Origin: a virus | Lineage: Duplodnaviria > Caudoviricetes | Virus record (IMG/VR): IMGVR_UViG_3300032219_002516 | Coordinates: 1-38,437 of that record | Length of the DNA: 38,437 nucleotides | Reading direction: 5' to 3' (one strand) | Shown: positions 7,683 to 15,260 of the stretch, in pieces | Layout: each line of letters begins with the position of its first letter | Position numbering within the stretch: position 1 is the stretch's first letter | Translations under genes and position numbers: made by a program | Notes under the pieces: generated by a model | The model's database searches: none | Told to the model about the DNA's origin: nothing | Seen by the model: the letters and a program-made list of their open reading frames with translations, nothing else

Positions 7683-7700
7683 TCCGCAGCAGTGGATTGA
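6570..7700 (+). CDS. int: Tyrosine integrase
   Basis: GLRRREI (R), AKS (K), FHTMRHTWAT (HxxR), FRHY (Y); SAM-like LSPATIAAYFARLRAFFSWA; probable start is ATG 6570. Confidence 0.93.
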   Translation: MKLKGLYRKGDSGIWYYQPPQAKGIRPKPISLGTKAEAEAVDAYYALLADAHIAFRRGSLRMEGARFIAERRADKIHRPTSSAETERILGAVVDLLGNREVADYGHEDMRKLQRTWLARDLSPATIAAYFARLRAFFSWAVGERLCKANPISGIQMPRDLPTRSEKYCSKQERDQLLATVPADRQDLSLVMMLGFFAGLRRREIDQARRDWIDLEAGVLTVRRTPTFAAKSTRGHRTIRLSPRLITFLADYLAAPMRPRKRGHGCETAPAPVPLPLLQPDDYLVRPDRLPGRKIKTRGKQENRYRFDARRPLEEHVAAQGLPWVSFHTMRHTWATLHALAGTPMTTLAKELGEEAETVFRHYVGYQRESSHSAAVD

Positions 7701-7903
7701 GGCGTCGATGCCTCGGCGCGTTTCATGGCCTCCTCGATCGCACTGACGCGGTAGCGTCGGTTCGTGGCGTTCGTGTCCCAGGGGCGCAGACCCCAGAGAT
7801 CCTCGAGCATCCGGAGAGGAGCGAGGCCGCCGACATATTCGGCGGCTTCGCGTTGGGTCAGCGACCCTTGGGGTGTCACCTTGATTTTCAGGAGGCTGCT
7901 CAT
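7679..7903 (-). CDS. xis: Excisionase-like MerR-type HTH protein
   Basis: LTQREAAEYVG...LRMLE...RRYRVSAIE; small; convergent with int. Confidence 0.7.
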   Translation of the reverse strand: MSSLLKIKVTPQGSLTQREAAEYVGGLAPLRMLEDLWGLRPWDTNATNRRYRVSAIEEAMKRAEASTPQSTAAE

Positions 7904-7908
7904 ATTGA

Positions 7909-9039
7909 TCAGTGGCTGATGCGCATCGGCATGATGAGCCCGAAAAACTCCTCGTCCTCTTCGCGGATGACGATGGGGCCGGTCACTGACCCATCCGGAT
8001 CCTTTCCGGCGTCACCCGGATCCTCGAAGACAAAATGCTCGCCTCCTGGCCGGGCGACGAACTGCTCGAGCCATCGGAAGTTCAGAGCGACGCGCATCTT
8101 TGATTCCGCCCCGATCAGGATCGGGAGACTCTCCTCGGCCTGACCGCGGTCAGGACAAAAGACACTCACCGTCAGGACTCCATCCGCGGCCTCGAGCTTG
8201 ATGGAAAGGTCTTTGTCCGATCGAAAGACCTTCGCCCAGGCCACCGCCTGCTGCATGGCATGGCGATCGACGCCGACCTTGATCGGCGATGGATTGTTGG
8301 GGATCACCCGATTGTAGTCGGGAAAGTTCCCCTCGATCCGCTTCGTGAAAAAGCCCTCACCGTCGGCATGGAATGCGACCCCGGAATTGTCTCCCGAGAC
8401 CTTCACGGTCTCGTGCCGATCGAGCAAGTCAGCGATCGGCCCCATCGCTTTCGTCGGGATGATGATGCCCTGGAGGCACTCTGGAGGTGCCACCGAGTAT
8501 CGCTTGATGGCGAGACGCTTCCCATCGCAGGCGACCGCAGAGCCGTCGGCCGAGAGGTAGATGCCATTGAGGACCATCCTCGTGCTGTCGTCAGAGACGC
8601 AGAAAGCGAGCCCACGGAGGAGGCCGGCGAGCACCGCACCACTCATCGGTGTCCACTCGCCAGCCTCTTCGCGGATCGCTGGGAATTCACTGAGAGGCAG
8701 CGTCCGCATCATGCCCCGCCGACCTCCAGAGACCACCGTCAGTTCATCGCCATCCAGAGAGACTTTCGCACTCCCGCTTGTCCGCGAGAGGAGCCCGACC
8801 AGCAGGTCTGCCGCAGCACATGCTCCCGAGCCCGACGCCCCTTTTTCCAAGGTCACCGGCAGGGTCACGTGGCTGGCCACATCCAGATCCGTGGCTCTGG
8901 CCGTGAGACGGCCGTCGATCACCTCGAGGGCGATGCAGGAAAGGACCGGCATCGTGGATGACCGTGAGATCGATCCCGTGAGATACTTCAGCTTCGCGGC
9001 GACTTCCTTGCCGTCGCATTCAAAAATGAGTTCGCTCAT
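7909..9039 (-). CDS. dnaN: DNA polymerase III beta sliding clamp homolog
   Basis: 376 aa; STMPVLSCIALE, ATDLD, LPLSEFP, DSTRMVLNGIYL, VACDGKRLA, IIIPTKA, IEGNFPDYNRVIP, GLIMPMR. Confidence 0.93.
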   Translation of the reverse strand: MSELIFECDGKEVAAKLKYLTGSISRSSTMPVLSCIALEVIDGRLTARATDLDVASHVTLPVTLEKGASGSGACAAADLLVGLLSRTSGSAKVSLDGDELTVVSGGRRGMMRTLPLSEFPAIREEAGEWTPMSGAVLAGLLRGLAFCVSDDSTRMVLNGIYLSADGSAVACDGKRLAIKRYSVAPPECLQGIIIPTKAMGPIADLLDRHETVKVSGDNSGVAFHADGEGFFTKRIEGNFPDYNRVIPNNPSPIKVGVDRHAMQQAVAWAKVFRSDKDLSIKLEAADGVLTVSVFCPDRGQAEESLPILIGAESKMRVALNFRWLEQFVARPGGEHFVFEDPGDAGKDPDGSVTGPIVIREEDEEFFGLIMPMRISH

Positions 9040-9347
9040 ACAAATGCCTCCGCTTTAAGATTCATCAGCTCGACCTCAAGACGCGAGATCTTGACCTCGG
9101 CCTCCTCCAGCAGCTCTTCCGTGCGACCGAGATCGATCTCTATCAGCTCACGCTGCGCGCGCTCTTCGATCAGGGATGCCTCGGCGATGCGGACCGCCTC
9201 GCGCAGCCGGCGTCGTTCGCTGGTGTGCTCGGTCCAGGAATCAGCGATGTCCCACGCCTCGGGGATCGTCACCAGTTTAGAGAGATCGGCGAGGCCTTCA
9301 CCTGCATCGGTCTCGATCGCGTGTTTCACTACGTTGTAGATTGCCAT
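9036..9347 (-). CDS. Hypothetical coiled-coil protein
   Basis: 103 aa; heptad-rich C-terminal half; ATGA overlap with dnaN. Confidence 0.65.
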   Translation of the reverse strand: MAIYNVVKHAIETDAGEGLADLSKLVTIPEAWDIADSWTEHTSERRRLREAVRIAEASLIEERAQRELIEIDLGRTEELLEEAEVKISRLEVELMNLKAEAFV

Positions 9348-9360
9348 GTTTGTGTGTTGG

Positions 9361-9594
9361 TTATTTATCCAGGGTAACTCGTCGCCTCCTGACGACGTGC
9401 TGGAGTTCTTCGAGATTGAATTCAGTCTTGAGGTCAGGCACCGCGATCAGGCACGGCAGACAGACATCAATCGCCTCGCCGTGTTTGCTGATCGGCTCCC
9501 TGTTGTGGGGATGCTCCGGGCTCTCGATCACGAGGCGGGTCTTCAGGATCCCGAGGCGGGCTCCGCACACATCGCAGAGGATCACCTGGCTCAT
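9361..9594 (-). CDS. Small zinc-finger-like protein
   Basis: CDVC...DVCLPC; ATGA overlap with the MarR-like gene. Confidence 0.65.
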   Translation of the reverse strand: MSQVILCDVCGARLGILKTRLVIESPEHPHNREPISKHGEAIDVCLPCLIAVPDLKTEFNLEELQHVVRRRRVTLDK

Positions 9595-9872
9595 GCTGCG
9601 ACCTCCTCTTCGGGCTTCATCGCCTCCACTCGGTCGAGGCCGAGCTGCGTCAGGCGGATCACGATGCTGCGGCGATCCTCTGCTGATGCGATGCGCTCCA
9701 CGAGGCCTCGCTTTTCTGCGCGATCGACGAGGCCTGTCGATGCTGCCGTCGAGACGCGGGCGGCCTTTGCCAGGTCGCCGATCCGTGCCTCCCCCACCTC
9801 GGCGAGGTGACAGAGGGCTTTCAGTGTGCTCCCGGAAAATTCCGCCGGGATGCGGTTCGTTTCGATAATCAT
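9591..9872 (-). CDS. MarR-family winged-helix regulator
   Basis: IGDLAKAARVSTAASTGLVDRAEKRGLVER...EDRRSIVIRLTQLG. Confidence 0.88.
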   Translation of the reverse strand: MIIETNRIPAEFSGSTLKALCHLAEVGEARIGDLAKAARVSTAASTGLVDRAEKRGLVERIASAEDRRSIVIRLTQLGLDRVEAMKPEEEVAA

Positions 9873-9874
9873 AT

Positions 9875-10087
9875 TCAGTTCAGGCCGTGAGTAGGAAAAG
9901 GGTTGCCATCGCGCAGACGCATCAGCCGGAGTCGCTCGTCAAGCGCCCCATCGATGCGGCCGAGGAGATCTCGTCGCCGCGTCGGGTAGGCGATCAGCAG
10001 AGTCGTGAGCCGGCCGATGACCCAGTCGATCGAGTCCAGCTCCATCGCGATCGATGGCCTCGGGGCAGGTGCGTGCAGTGCCGTCAT
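9875..10087 (-). CDS. Hypothetical early protein
   Basis: 70 aa; tightly packed in the early operon. Confidence 0.6.
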   Translation of the reverse strand: MTALHAPAPRPSIAMELDSIDWVIGRLTTLLIAYPTRRRDLLGRIDGALDERLRLMRLRDGNPFPTHGLN

Positions 10088-10191
10088 CGTAGGATCGAGT
10101 AGACCACTCCTGCCGCGGCCGCAGCCAGCCAGAGAAAGACGAGGATCTGCACCAGCCGGCGTTCGTGATCGTGAGGTGCCATTGCCTTCAT
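10084..10191 (-). CDS. 35-aa membrane peptide (absent from the ORF track)
   Basis: Manual translation MKAMAPHDHERRLVQILVFLWLAAAAAGVVYSILR*; TGATG overlap upstream and ATGA overlap downstream fill the gap exactly. Confidence 0.65.
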   Translation of the reverse strand: MKAMAPHDHERRLVQILVFLWLAAAAAGVVYSILR

Positions 10192-10391
10192 CAGTTCCGG
10201 CCCTCCTCGAATCGATCCCACTCCTGCATGACGCGGAGCGCGTTCAGATCACCGACGACCATCTCCAGCTCGGCCTCGAGGGCCGCCTCCTTCCGATCTT
10301 GATCAGCGCAGAAAAGCCAGCCGCTGAGCACGCCGGCAGAGAGCCCGAGGATGACGCCGAAGACCATTCCCATGAGAGATTCGTGGTTCAT
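10191..10391 (-). CDS. Small membrane-anchored protein
   Basis: N-terminal TM segment LMGMVFGVILGLSAGVLSGWLF; ATGA overlap with the cro-like gene. Confidence 0.65.
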   Translation of the reverse strand: MNHESLMGMVFGVILGLSAGVLSGWLFCADQDRKEAALEAELEMVVGDLNALRVMQEWDRFEEGRN

Positions 10392-10558
10392 GCAGTCGCT
10401 TCAGTGGGCTCGTCGGCGGTGATCCTAGCCTTCGCGGCGAGCTGGTCGAGGATGCGGGCGAAAGCCTCGCTCGGCGTGCAACGCCATTCGTTGCTCTTCA
10501 TGAGCAAGAGCTTCTGGGCACGCGGAGTGAGCTGGTCGAGATCGAAGTCGATTGTCAT
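10388..10558 (-). CDS. Cro-position small regulator
   Basis: First gene after the leftward promoter, divergent from the repressor; ATG 10558 (MTIDFDLDQ) is preferred because the track's TTG start is the -35 box. Confidence 0.55.
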   Translation of the reverse strand: MTIDFDLDQLTPRAQKLLLMKSNEWRCTPSEAFARILDQLAAKARITADEPTEATA

Positions 10559-10652
10559 GGTTGGTTTACTTTTCCGGGAAAGTTTTACCGTTTTAGTAAA
10601 GTTCGTCAAATAGATTCTTGAAATTATTTAATCCTGCGGTAAAATTACTTCC
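10559..10652. promoter_or_regulatory. Divergent immunity promoters and operators
   Basis: AT-rich gap. Leftward: TTGACG(10609-10604), 16/17 nt, TAAAAC/AAAACT. Rightward: TTGAAA(10618-10623), 16 nt, TAAAAT(10640-10645), 7 nt before the ATG. Near-palindrome ACTTTTCCGGGAAAGT at 10568-10583; CGGTAAAA overlaps both -10 boxes. Confidence 0.7.
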
Positions 10653-11087
10653 ATGAACGGGAAAGAATTTGCTAAATGGATGGATGACTCGGGGGTCAAT
10701 CTCGAGACTGCAGCGACCCATTTTGGGGTCTCACAGCAGACGATTTACAACTGGCGATCGACGAGCGGCATCCCGGCTTCGCGCGATGAGTGGGTGCGCT
10801 TGAGAATGCACGAATACCTTGAGAAGCAGGGGATCGCCGAACTTCCAAACCGGGTTGTCCTTGAACCCAGCCGCAAGCAATGGCGAGACTGGGGGCACGC
10901 GGCATTGGCCGCAGGCCAGATCCTCGATGAATGGGCACTAGCGGCACTTGATGACGCCGCGGCCCGCGATCAGGATGGGAATGATCTCGCTGGGCACGGC
11001 GGAGCCTCCACTCCACCCCCGCAGTCTATTCGCACGGAGGAACGTCGCACCCGACGATACAGCGTCGAAAAAAATCTTGTGGTGTGA
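10653..11087 (+). CDS. Phage repressor-like HTH protein
   Basis: EFAKWMDDSGVNLETAATHFGVSQQTIYNWRS (Xre/Cro HTH); divergent from the early operon. Confidence 0.8.
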   Translation: MNGKEFAKWMDDSGVNLETAATHFGVSQQTIYNWRSTSGIPASRDEWVRLRMHEYLEKQGIAELPNRVVLEPSRKQWRDWGHAALAAGQILDEWALAALDDAAARDQDGNDLAGHGGASTPPPQSIRTEERRTRRYSVEKNLVV

Positions 11088-11127
11088 TCCTGCTTCAGTA
11101 GCGCGCCCGCCATCACCTCTCGAGAAA

Positions 11128-11154
11128 GGGCGCCAGCGATTGCGCCCCTTTTTT
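11128..11154 (+). terminator. Rho-independent terminator after the repressor
   Basis: GGGCGC-CAGCGATT-GCGCCC followed by CTTTTTT. Confidence 0.6.
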
Positions 11155-11173
11155 GTGACCTAGGTCACAAAAA
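11150..11173. repeat. Perfect 24-bp palindrome
   Basis: TTTTTGTGACCTAGGTCACAAAAA; core TGTGA-N6-TCACA. Confidence 0.9.
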
Positions 11174-11677
11174 TCGCAACGCGACCCATGCCATCATCGC
11201 GATCGCCAGCGCGATCCCGAGCAGGATCAGGGCGACGCGAGACTCTCGGACAGAGTCCTGCAGTCGCCAGGGCAACAACGGCACCCGGCACCCGAGGCAG
11301 AGCGCGCTGATCTTGTCGACTCGGTTCCCACAGTTCCCGCAGTGAAAGTGGCGGCGATTCAGAGCCATCCCGATCAGGAGAATGATCAGGCCGATCCAGC
11401 CGATCGGTGAAAACATCAAGCCGACTCCGGCAAGGATTGTGATGCCCGCGATCACATGGAAGGGACGCTGAGGCACTTTGGGAAACTCCTTCACCGGACT
11501 CCGCTTCGCCCGCTCTGGCCACTCCGCTACCAGGTGCGCAGGGATCCACTCCTCGGTGCCATGGGCGCACGCCAGAGTCTCGTCGCCGATCTCGCCCGCG
11601 TCGATCATCTGCGCGATCCTACCAGGTGCGAAAGGCCCAGACGTCGCGCCAGCCCGATGCAGGTAATACATGCTCAT
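11165..11677 (-). CDS. GYF_2/DUF4339-domain membrane protein with zinc ribbon (moron-like)
   Basis: YYLHRAGATSGPF...IDAGEIGDETLACAHGTEEWIP; two TM helices; CGNCG...CLGC; C-terminal TM helix. Confidence 0.8.
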   Translation of the reverse strand: MSMYYLHRAGATSGPFAPGRIAQMIDAGEIGDETLACAHGTEEWIPAHLVAEWPERAKRSPVKEFPKVPQRPFHVIAGITILAGVGLMFSPIGWIGLIILLIGMALNRRHFHCGNCGNRVDKISALCLGCRVPLLPWRLQDSVRESRVALILLGIALAIAMMAWVALRFL

Positions 11678-11682
11678 CCGTC

Positions 11683-11711
11683 ACAGTGCGCCACGTTTTT
11701 ACAGGCGTCAA
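11683..11711 (-). promoter_or_regulatory. Putative sigma70 promoter for a near-leaderless GYF_2 transcript
   Basis: TTGACG, 17 nt, CACTGT, 5 nt before ATG 11677. Confidence 0.45.
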
Positions 11712-11721
11712 ATGACGCACC

Positions 11722-11766
11722 CTCATCTCGGCACGTGCGAAAACTGTGCCCGATACCCTGCCTCGG
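11722..11766. repeat. 45-bp perfect direct repeat, copy 1
   Basis: CTCATCTCGGCACGTGCGAAAACTGTGCCCGATACCCTGCCTCGG, identical to 12186-12230. Confidence 0.95.
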
Positions 11767-11809
11767 TGCGACACCAGATGCGCCTCACCGATTGGGCCAT
11801 CCAAAAGGG

Positions 11810-12190
11810 TCAATCGCAAAGACGCCCGTTCTCGCCGGCGTGAAATGAGGCGGCATTGCTGATCAGCGCCCGCAGCGCCCGCAGCACCACGCCTTCCAAT
11901 CGCATCACCGTGCGTTCCTCCTCGATCGCTGCGATCCGCTCGCCCTGGCTGCAGGCGTGCACCAGATCGGCGAGCAGCAGGTGGCAGGCCTCATGCACCG
12001 CGACGGTGTCGGTGCGCCCCGACTTCTCGAGCGCCTCGGGATGGTAGCGACAGTGTGCAAAGCATCGCACCGGATCTGGAGCGATGTCTGCCACTTCCGT
12101 GCCCATGTCCAACGCCTCGAAATCGACGTGGTAATGATGCAGCCCCATCACCCGTTGCGCTTTCCTGAAGGTGTCCTCGAATCGGCTCAT
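11810..12190 (-). CDS. Small HExxH (zincin-like) protein
   Basis: TVAVHEACHLLL...EEERTV; ATGA overlap with the phosphoesterase stop. Confidence 0.65.
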   Translation of the reverse strand: MSRFEDTFRKAQRVMGLHHYHVDFEALDMGTEVADIAPDPVRCFAHCRYHPEALEKSGRTDTVAVHEACHLLLADLVHACSQGERIAAIEEERTVMRLEGVVLRALRALISNAASFHAGENGRLCD

Positions 12191-12230
12191 CTCGGCACGT
12201 GCGAAAACTGTGCCCGATACCCTGCCTCGG
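12186..12230. repeat. 45-bp perfect direct repeat, copy 2 (3' end of the phosphoesterase gene)
   Basis: Identical to 11722-11766. Confidence 0.95.
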
Positions 12231-13392
12231 GGTGATAGACCAGAGCCTCCGCCGCGCGCACGTTGCCGACGTATCCTTTCCGGGTGTGCCAGGCGTCGGG
12301 CGGCGTCAGACTCGGGATCGTGCGCACGCGCACGCCCTGCTCCTCGCTGACGGGTGCGAGCACGGCCTCTCCCTTAACATGCCAGTGGCCGATTAGCCAT
12401 TCACGCCAGCGGGTGCGGCCCCAAGCCTCGCGCATCTCTGAGGCCATCACGCCACCGAGCCGCGCGGGCTTGATGTCACGGCCGTGATTCAGCCCGAGGA
12501 GCACTTGGTGATACTCGAAATATTTCGTCAATCGCGGCGAGTTGTCTATTTGCACATGCTTACTCTTTTCGAACACCAGCTCGAGCGCATCCCCCAAGGC
12601 GAACATGGTTTCCTCGTCGTGGTTCCCGGGCACGATAGCCACCTGAACAGGAGCCACTTGCACCAGTGCGGCGATCATTTCCATCACCGCCTCGCGACCC
12701 GCTCGGTAGCTCCGCTGGCGACGTCCATCGACGTCCTGCGGCGTTCCCCCTGTCGTCAGATTCGACGAGTTGTCCACGTGAAAAAAGTCGTTCCCGATCG
12801 GCAGCAGGATCTGCTCGATCCGGTAGGGCATCGCCGAGGCCTGCTCGATCAGATCCGTGATCGCTGCCTTCATGCAGCCGCGCGCGATCTCCACATCGTA
12901 GTCCTCCCACCCTGTCTCGCGACCCCAGCACAGCTTGCCGAAGTGGGGATCCATGATCGCCGGCACCAGCAGATTCCCCGGGCCTGTCCGAGACTTCCTC
13001 GGTGGAGCTGAGAGCTTCCACGGATCCGCCCGCATCGCCCGCCTCGCTTCCTCGAGCGTCTCGGCGATTTCATCGCGGGCCGCGATCGCTGCGCGGCGCT
13101 TTCTGAGCCAGGCTTTCACCTGGTAGAGCGGCGTCAGGGTGATCCCGCCCTTCACTCGATCGACGCTGGCCTGCTGCCATTGGTTCGCCACCCACCGCTC
13201 CACCTCCCAGACCTCGAGGTCGATCCGGAAAAAGTCCACCAGCTCTTCCAGCGAAGTGATCTCTCGCCGCACCTTGCCCGACACCGTCGCCCCCTTCTCC
13301 GTCTCAGACCATTCGCGGCTCTCGCCTTCGAATTCCCCGAGGGTCAGGTCGGCGACATCTACCGTGGCAGTTTTTTCTGAGCGTCTTGCCAT
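12187..13392 (-). CDS. Calcineurin-like metallophosphoesterase
   Basis: DPHFG, GNDFFHVD, PGNHD, NHG and GHWH motifs. Confidence 0.85.
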   Translation of the reverse strand: MARRSEKTATVDVADLTLGEFEGESREWSETEKGATVSGKVRREITSLEELVDFFRIDLEVWEVERWVANQWQQASVDRVKGGITLTPLYQVKAWLRKRRAAIAARDEIAETLEEARRAMRADPWKLSAPPRKSRTGPGNLLVPAIMDPHFGKLCWGRETGWEDYDVEIARGCMKAAITDLIEQASAMPYRIEQILLPIGNDFFHVDNSSNLTTGGTPQDVDGRRQRSYRAGREAVMEMIAALVQVAPVQVAIVPGNHDEETMFALGDALELVFEKSKHVQIDNSPRLTKYFEYHQVLLGLNHGRDIKPARLGGVMASEMREAWGRTRWREWLIGHWHVKGEAVLAPVSEEQGVRVRTIPSLTPPDAWHTRKGYVGNVRAAEALVYHPEAGYRAQFSHVPR

Positions 13393-13637
13393 GCTTTTAC
13401 CGTTTTGGGGTTTGCGATCAGGGCGCGGGCACTGCCGGCCAGCCCAGGCAAAAACGCATTGAAACAGATCCCAGCCTTTTTCGCGCTGAGCAGCGCCGGA
13501 GAGTAGCTGATTCCCATCTCCTGCGCTGCCTCGATCAGCGGCACCGCCTTGCCATCGGGCAGCTTTGCGACATACGCCAGGAGACGGCTTTCCGCCGTTT
13601 CTGAGCTCAGGATTTTGATGTCGAATTGCTCAGCCAT
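13359..13637 (-). CDS. Hypothetical protein, possible HTH
   Basis: PLIEAAQEMGISYS; 92 aa; operon context. Confidence 0.55.
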   Translation of the reverse strand: MAEQFDIKILSSETAESRLLAYVAKLPDGKAVPLIEAAQEMGISYSPALLSAKKAGICFNAFLPGLAGSARALIANPKTVKAWQDAQKKLPR

Positions 13638-13661
13638 GTCTTCGTCGCCACGTGGTGACAG

Positions 13662-13937
13662 CTACTCTGCACTTTCGCTCGACACACCTGTGTGCCGCAG
13701 CAGGATCTCCATCGCCTTCACCCGCTGGTCTTGGATCTGCCGGATCTCTTGGTGCATCGCCCGGCGGTCGTCCTCGCACTTGTCGCTCCGCACTTCGAGG
13801 GCCGTGATCCGCCCCTCGTATTGACCCTTCAGCGTCCGCACCAAAAAGTAGATCGCCACATACAGGACCCCCGCCGTGCCGCCGAGGTTGAGAAGTTTTT
13901 CCACGATGTGAGCCGAGGCGACAGGATCGGTGGTCAT
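13662..13937 (-). CDS. Small membrane protein with coiled coil (lysis cassette)
   Basis: Start MTTDPV overlaps the endolysin stop (ATGA); one TM helix followed by a coiled coil. Confidence 0.6.
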   Translation of the reverse strand: MTTDPVASAHIVEKLLNLGGTAGVLYVAIYFLVRTLKGQYEGRITALEVRSDKCEDDRRAMHQEIRQIQDQRVKAMEILLRHTGVSSESAE

Positions 13938-14623
13938 GCTTGTGCGATGTTTTTCGGGAGACCGTGTGTGGCGTAGTAGGATCCCGAGGAGACGTTCGGG
14001 ATCACCGCCTGGAAGTGCATCCAGTCCTTGCCCCAGGCGCGGCCACCGCTCAGCCAGCCCCATCGCTCCATGATGTCGATGGCCTCGTCCGAGAAAGTCG
14101 TCGTCCGTTGCGCGAAGGTATTCTCGGCCGGATTCATATCCACCGCCGCGGCCCAGGCGTGCGTCGACAGAGTCGATCCACCCACCTTCGGTCGGTAGTT
14201 GTGCGATCCCCCATAGACGTGCCAGCCTTCCTTTTCGAACTGGATCCGGCCGAGCCTTTCGTGGATCTCGGCGAGGGCATTGGTCAGTCGATCCGCGAGC
14301 AGCTTGTGGGTGCGGTGATCGAGGCGACTGTCGCCCACATAGCTGCGGAGCTTTGAGCCATCGCGCGAGTAAAGGCGCGTCTCAGGATGCGGAAAGGAAA
14401 ACCATCCGAGCGAGACATCCGACGACGTCGGCAGACCGTAGGCCGCAGACATCTCGCCGTTGTTCTCCTTCGGCAGCCGGTAGGTCGGCAGCGGCTGCGG
14501 CAGGATCGACGCCGGCGGCTCGAAGTCTGGATGCTTCACCGGCGGGCTCGCCAGCGCAGCCTTCGCCGCGGTCATCGAGGCGAGAGCACTTTCGATTGAG
14601 GCGAGGGCGCGGGCCGTGTCCAT
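13934..14623 (-). CDS. Endolysin, M15-family peptidase
   Basis: GGSHNYR...LSTHAWAAAVDMN...WGKDWMHFQ (SxHxxxxAxD and DxxH zinc ligands). Confidence 0.88.
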   Translation of the reverse strand: MDTARALASIESALASMTAAKAALASPPVKHPDFEPPASILPQPLPTYRLPKENNGEMSAAYGLPTSSDVSLGWFSFPHPETRLYSRDGSKLRSYVGDSRLDHRTHKLLADRLTNALAEIHERLGRIQFEKEGWHVYGGSHNYRPKVGGSTLSTHAWAAAVDMNPAENTFAQRTTTFSDEAIDIMERWGWLSGGRAWGKDWMHFQAVIPNVSSGSYYATHGLPKNIAQA

Positions 14624-14627
14624 AGGT

Positions 14628-14822
14628 TCAGAGCCCTTTCGCCGCGCGCCGCTTTTGGAAGATCGACCAGGCCACCACCACGATCGCCGTCACGGCTCCT
14701 GCGGTTGTGTTCAGCTGGTCAGAGGACACCGAGCCGTTGCTGATGAGGGCACCGGCGGCGAGGCCGAGGCCGTGGCGCACGAGCAGACCGATGAGAGCGG
14801 GGGCGGAGACATTGGAGTTCAT
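14628..14822 (-). CDS. Putative holin
   Basis: 64 aa; two hydrophobic segments (LVRHGLGLAAGALI...VVVAWSIFQK); basic tail; adjacent to the endolysin. Confidence 0.7.
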   Translation of the reverse strand: MNSNVSAPALIGLLVRHGLGLAAGALISNGSVSSDQLNTTAGAVTAIVVVAWSIFQKRRAAKGL

Positions 14823-14835
14823 GCCTCCACCGAGT

Positions 14836-14841
14836 TGTCAA
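14836..14841 (-). promoter_or_regulatory. TTGACA late-gene motif (holin)
   Basis: 13 nt before ATG 14822. Confidence 0.7.
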
Positions 14842-15260
14842 AGAGACGGCAGCGCCTCGATCGAGGCGAGCAGCTCCGCGCGGATCAGGTTGAACGCCTG
14901 CACCTGCTCCAGACTGTATCCACTGGGTGGCTCTGCGTATTCGATCAGGGCAGCCGCCGCGGCATCATCCGCCTGGTCGAGCAGTGCCACTGCCGCGGTG
15001 TAGGTCGCCCCAAAGGGTCCGCGAATCCACGCCGGCAGAGTCGTCCACTGTTCGGCAAGTGCCGCTCTTGCGGTGGATCGTGCGAGGCGTTGAGCTGCCG
15101 CGATTGCCAGGGCCGCCTCGGCAGCGGCACGATGCGACTCGATCTCCTCCAAGGTGGGGACGGGTCCACCGTCTCCGGCGGTGATTTCGTCTCCGTAGAC
15201 GCGCCAGCCTCCACGGTCGGGCCACGCGATAGACAAGATGTCGTGAGTTGTTGCTATCAT
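14838..15260 (-). CDS. Tail fibre-associated (chaperone-like) protein
   Basis: Follows the fibre gene with ATGA overlap; WP...PTLEEIE pattern. Confidence 0.55.
   Translation of the reverse strand: MIATTHDILSIAWPDRGGWRVYGDEITAGDGGPVPTLEEIESHRAAAEAALAIAAAQRLARSTARAALAEQWTTLPAWIRGPFGATYTAAVALLDQADDAAAAALIEYAEPPSGYSLEQVQAFNLIRAELLASIEALPSL

Noticed and set aside
11619-11819. 66-aa ORF across repeat copy 1
   Set aside because: It reads the duplicated phosphoesterase end out of frame and overlaps the GYF_2 promoter and start; likely a by-product of the duplication.
11722-12230. Diversity-generating retroelement TR/VR pair (also considered for 34653-35723 and the fibre repeat)
   Set aside because: The repeats are identical or synonymously diverged rather than adenine-specific, and there is no reverse transcriptase.
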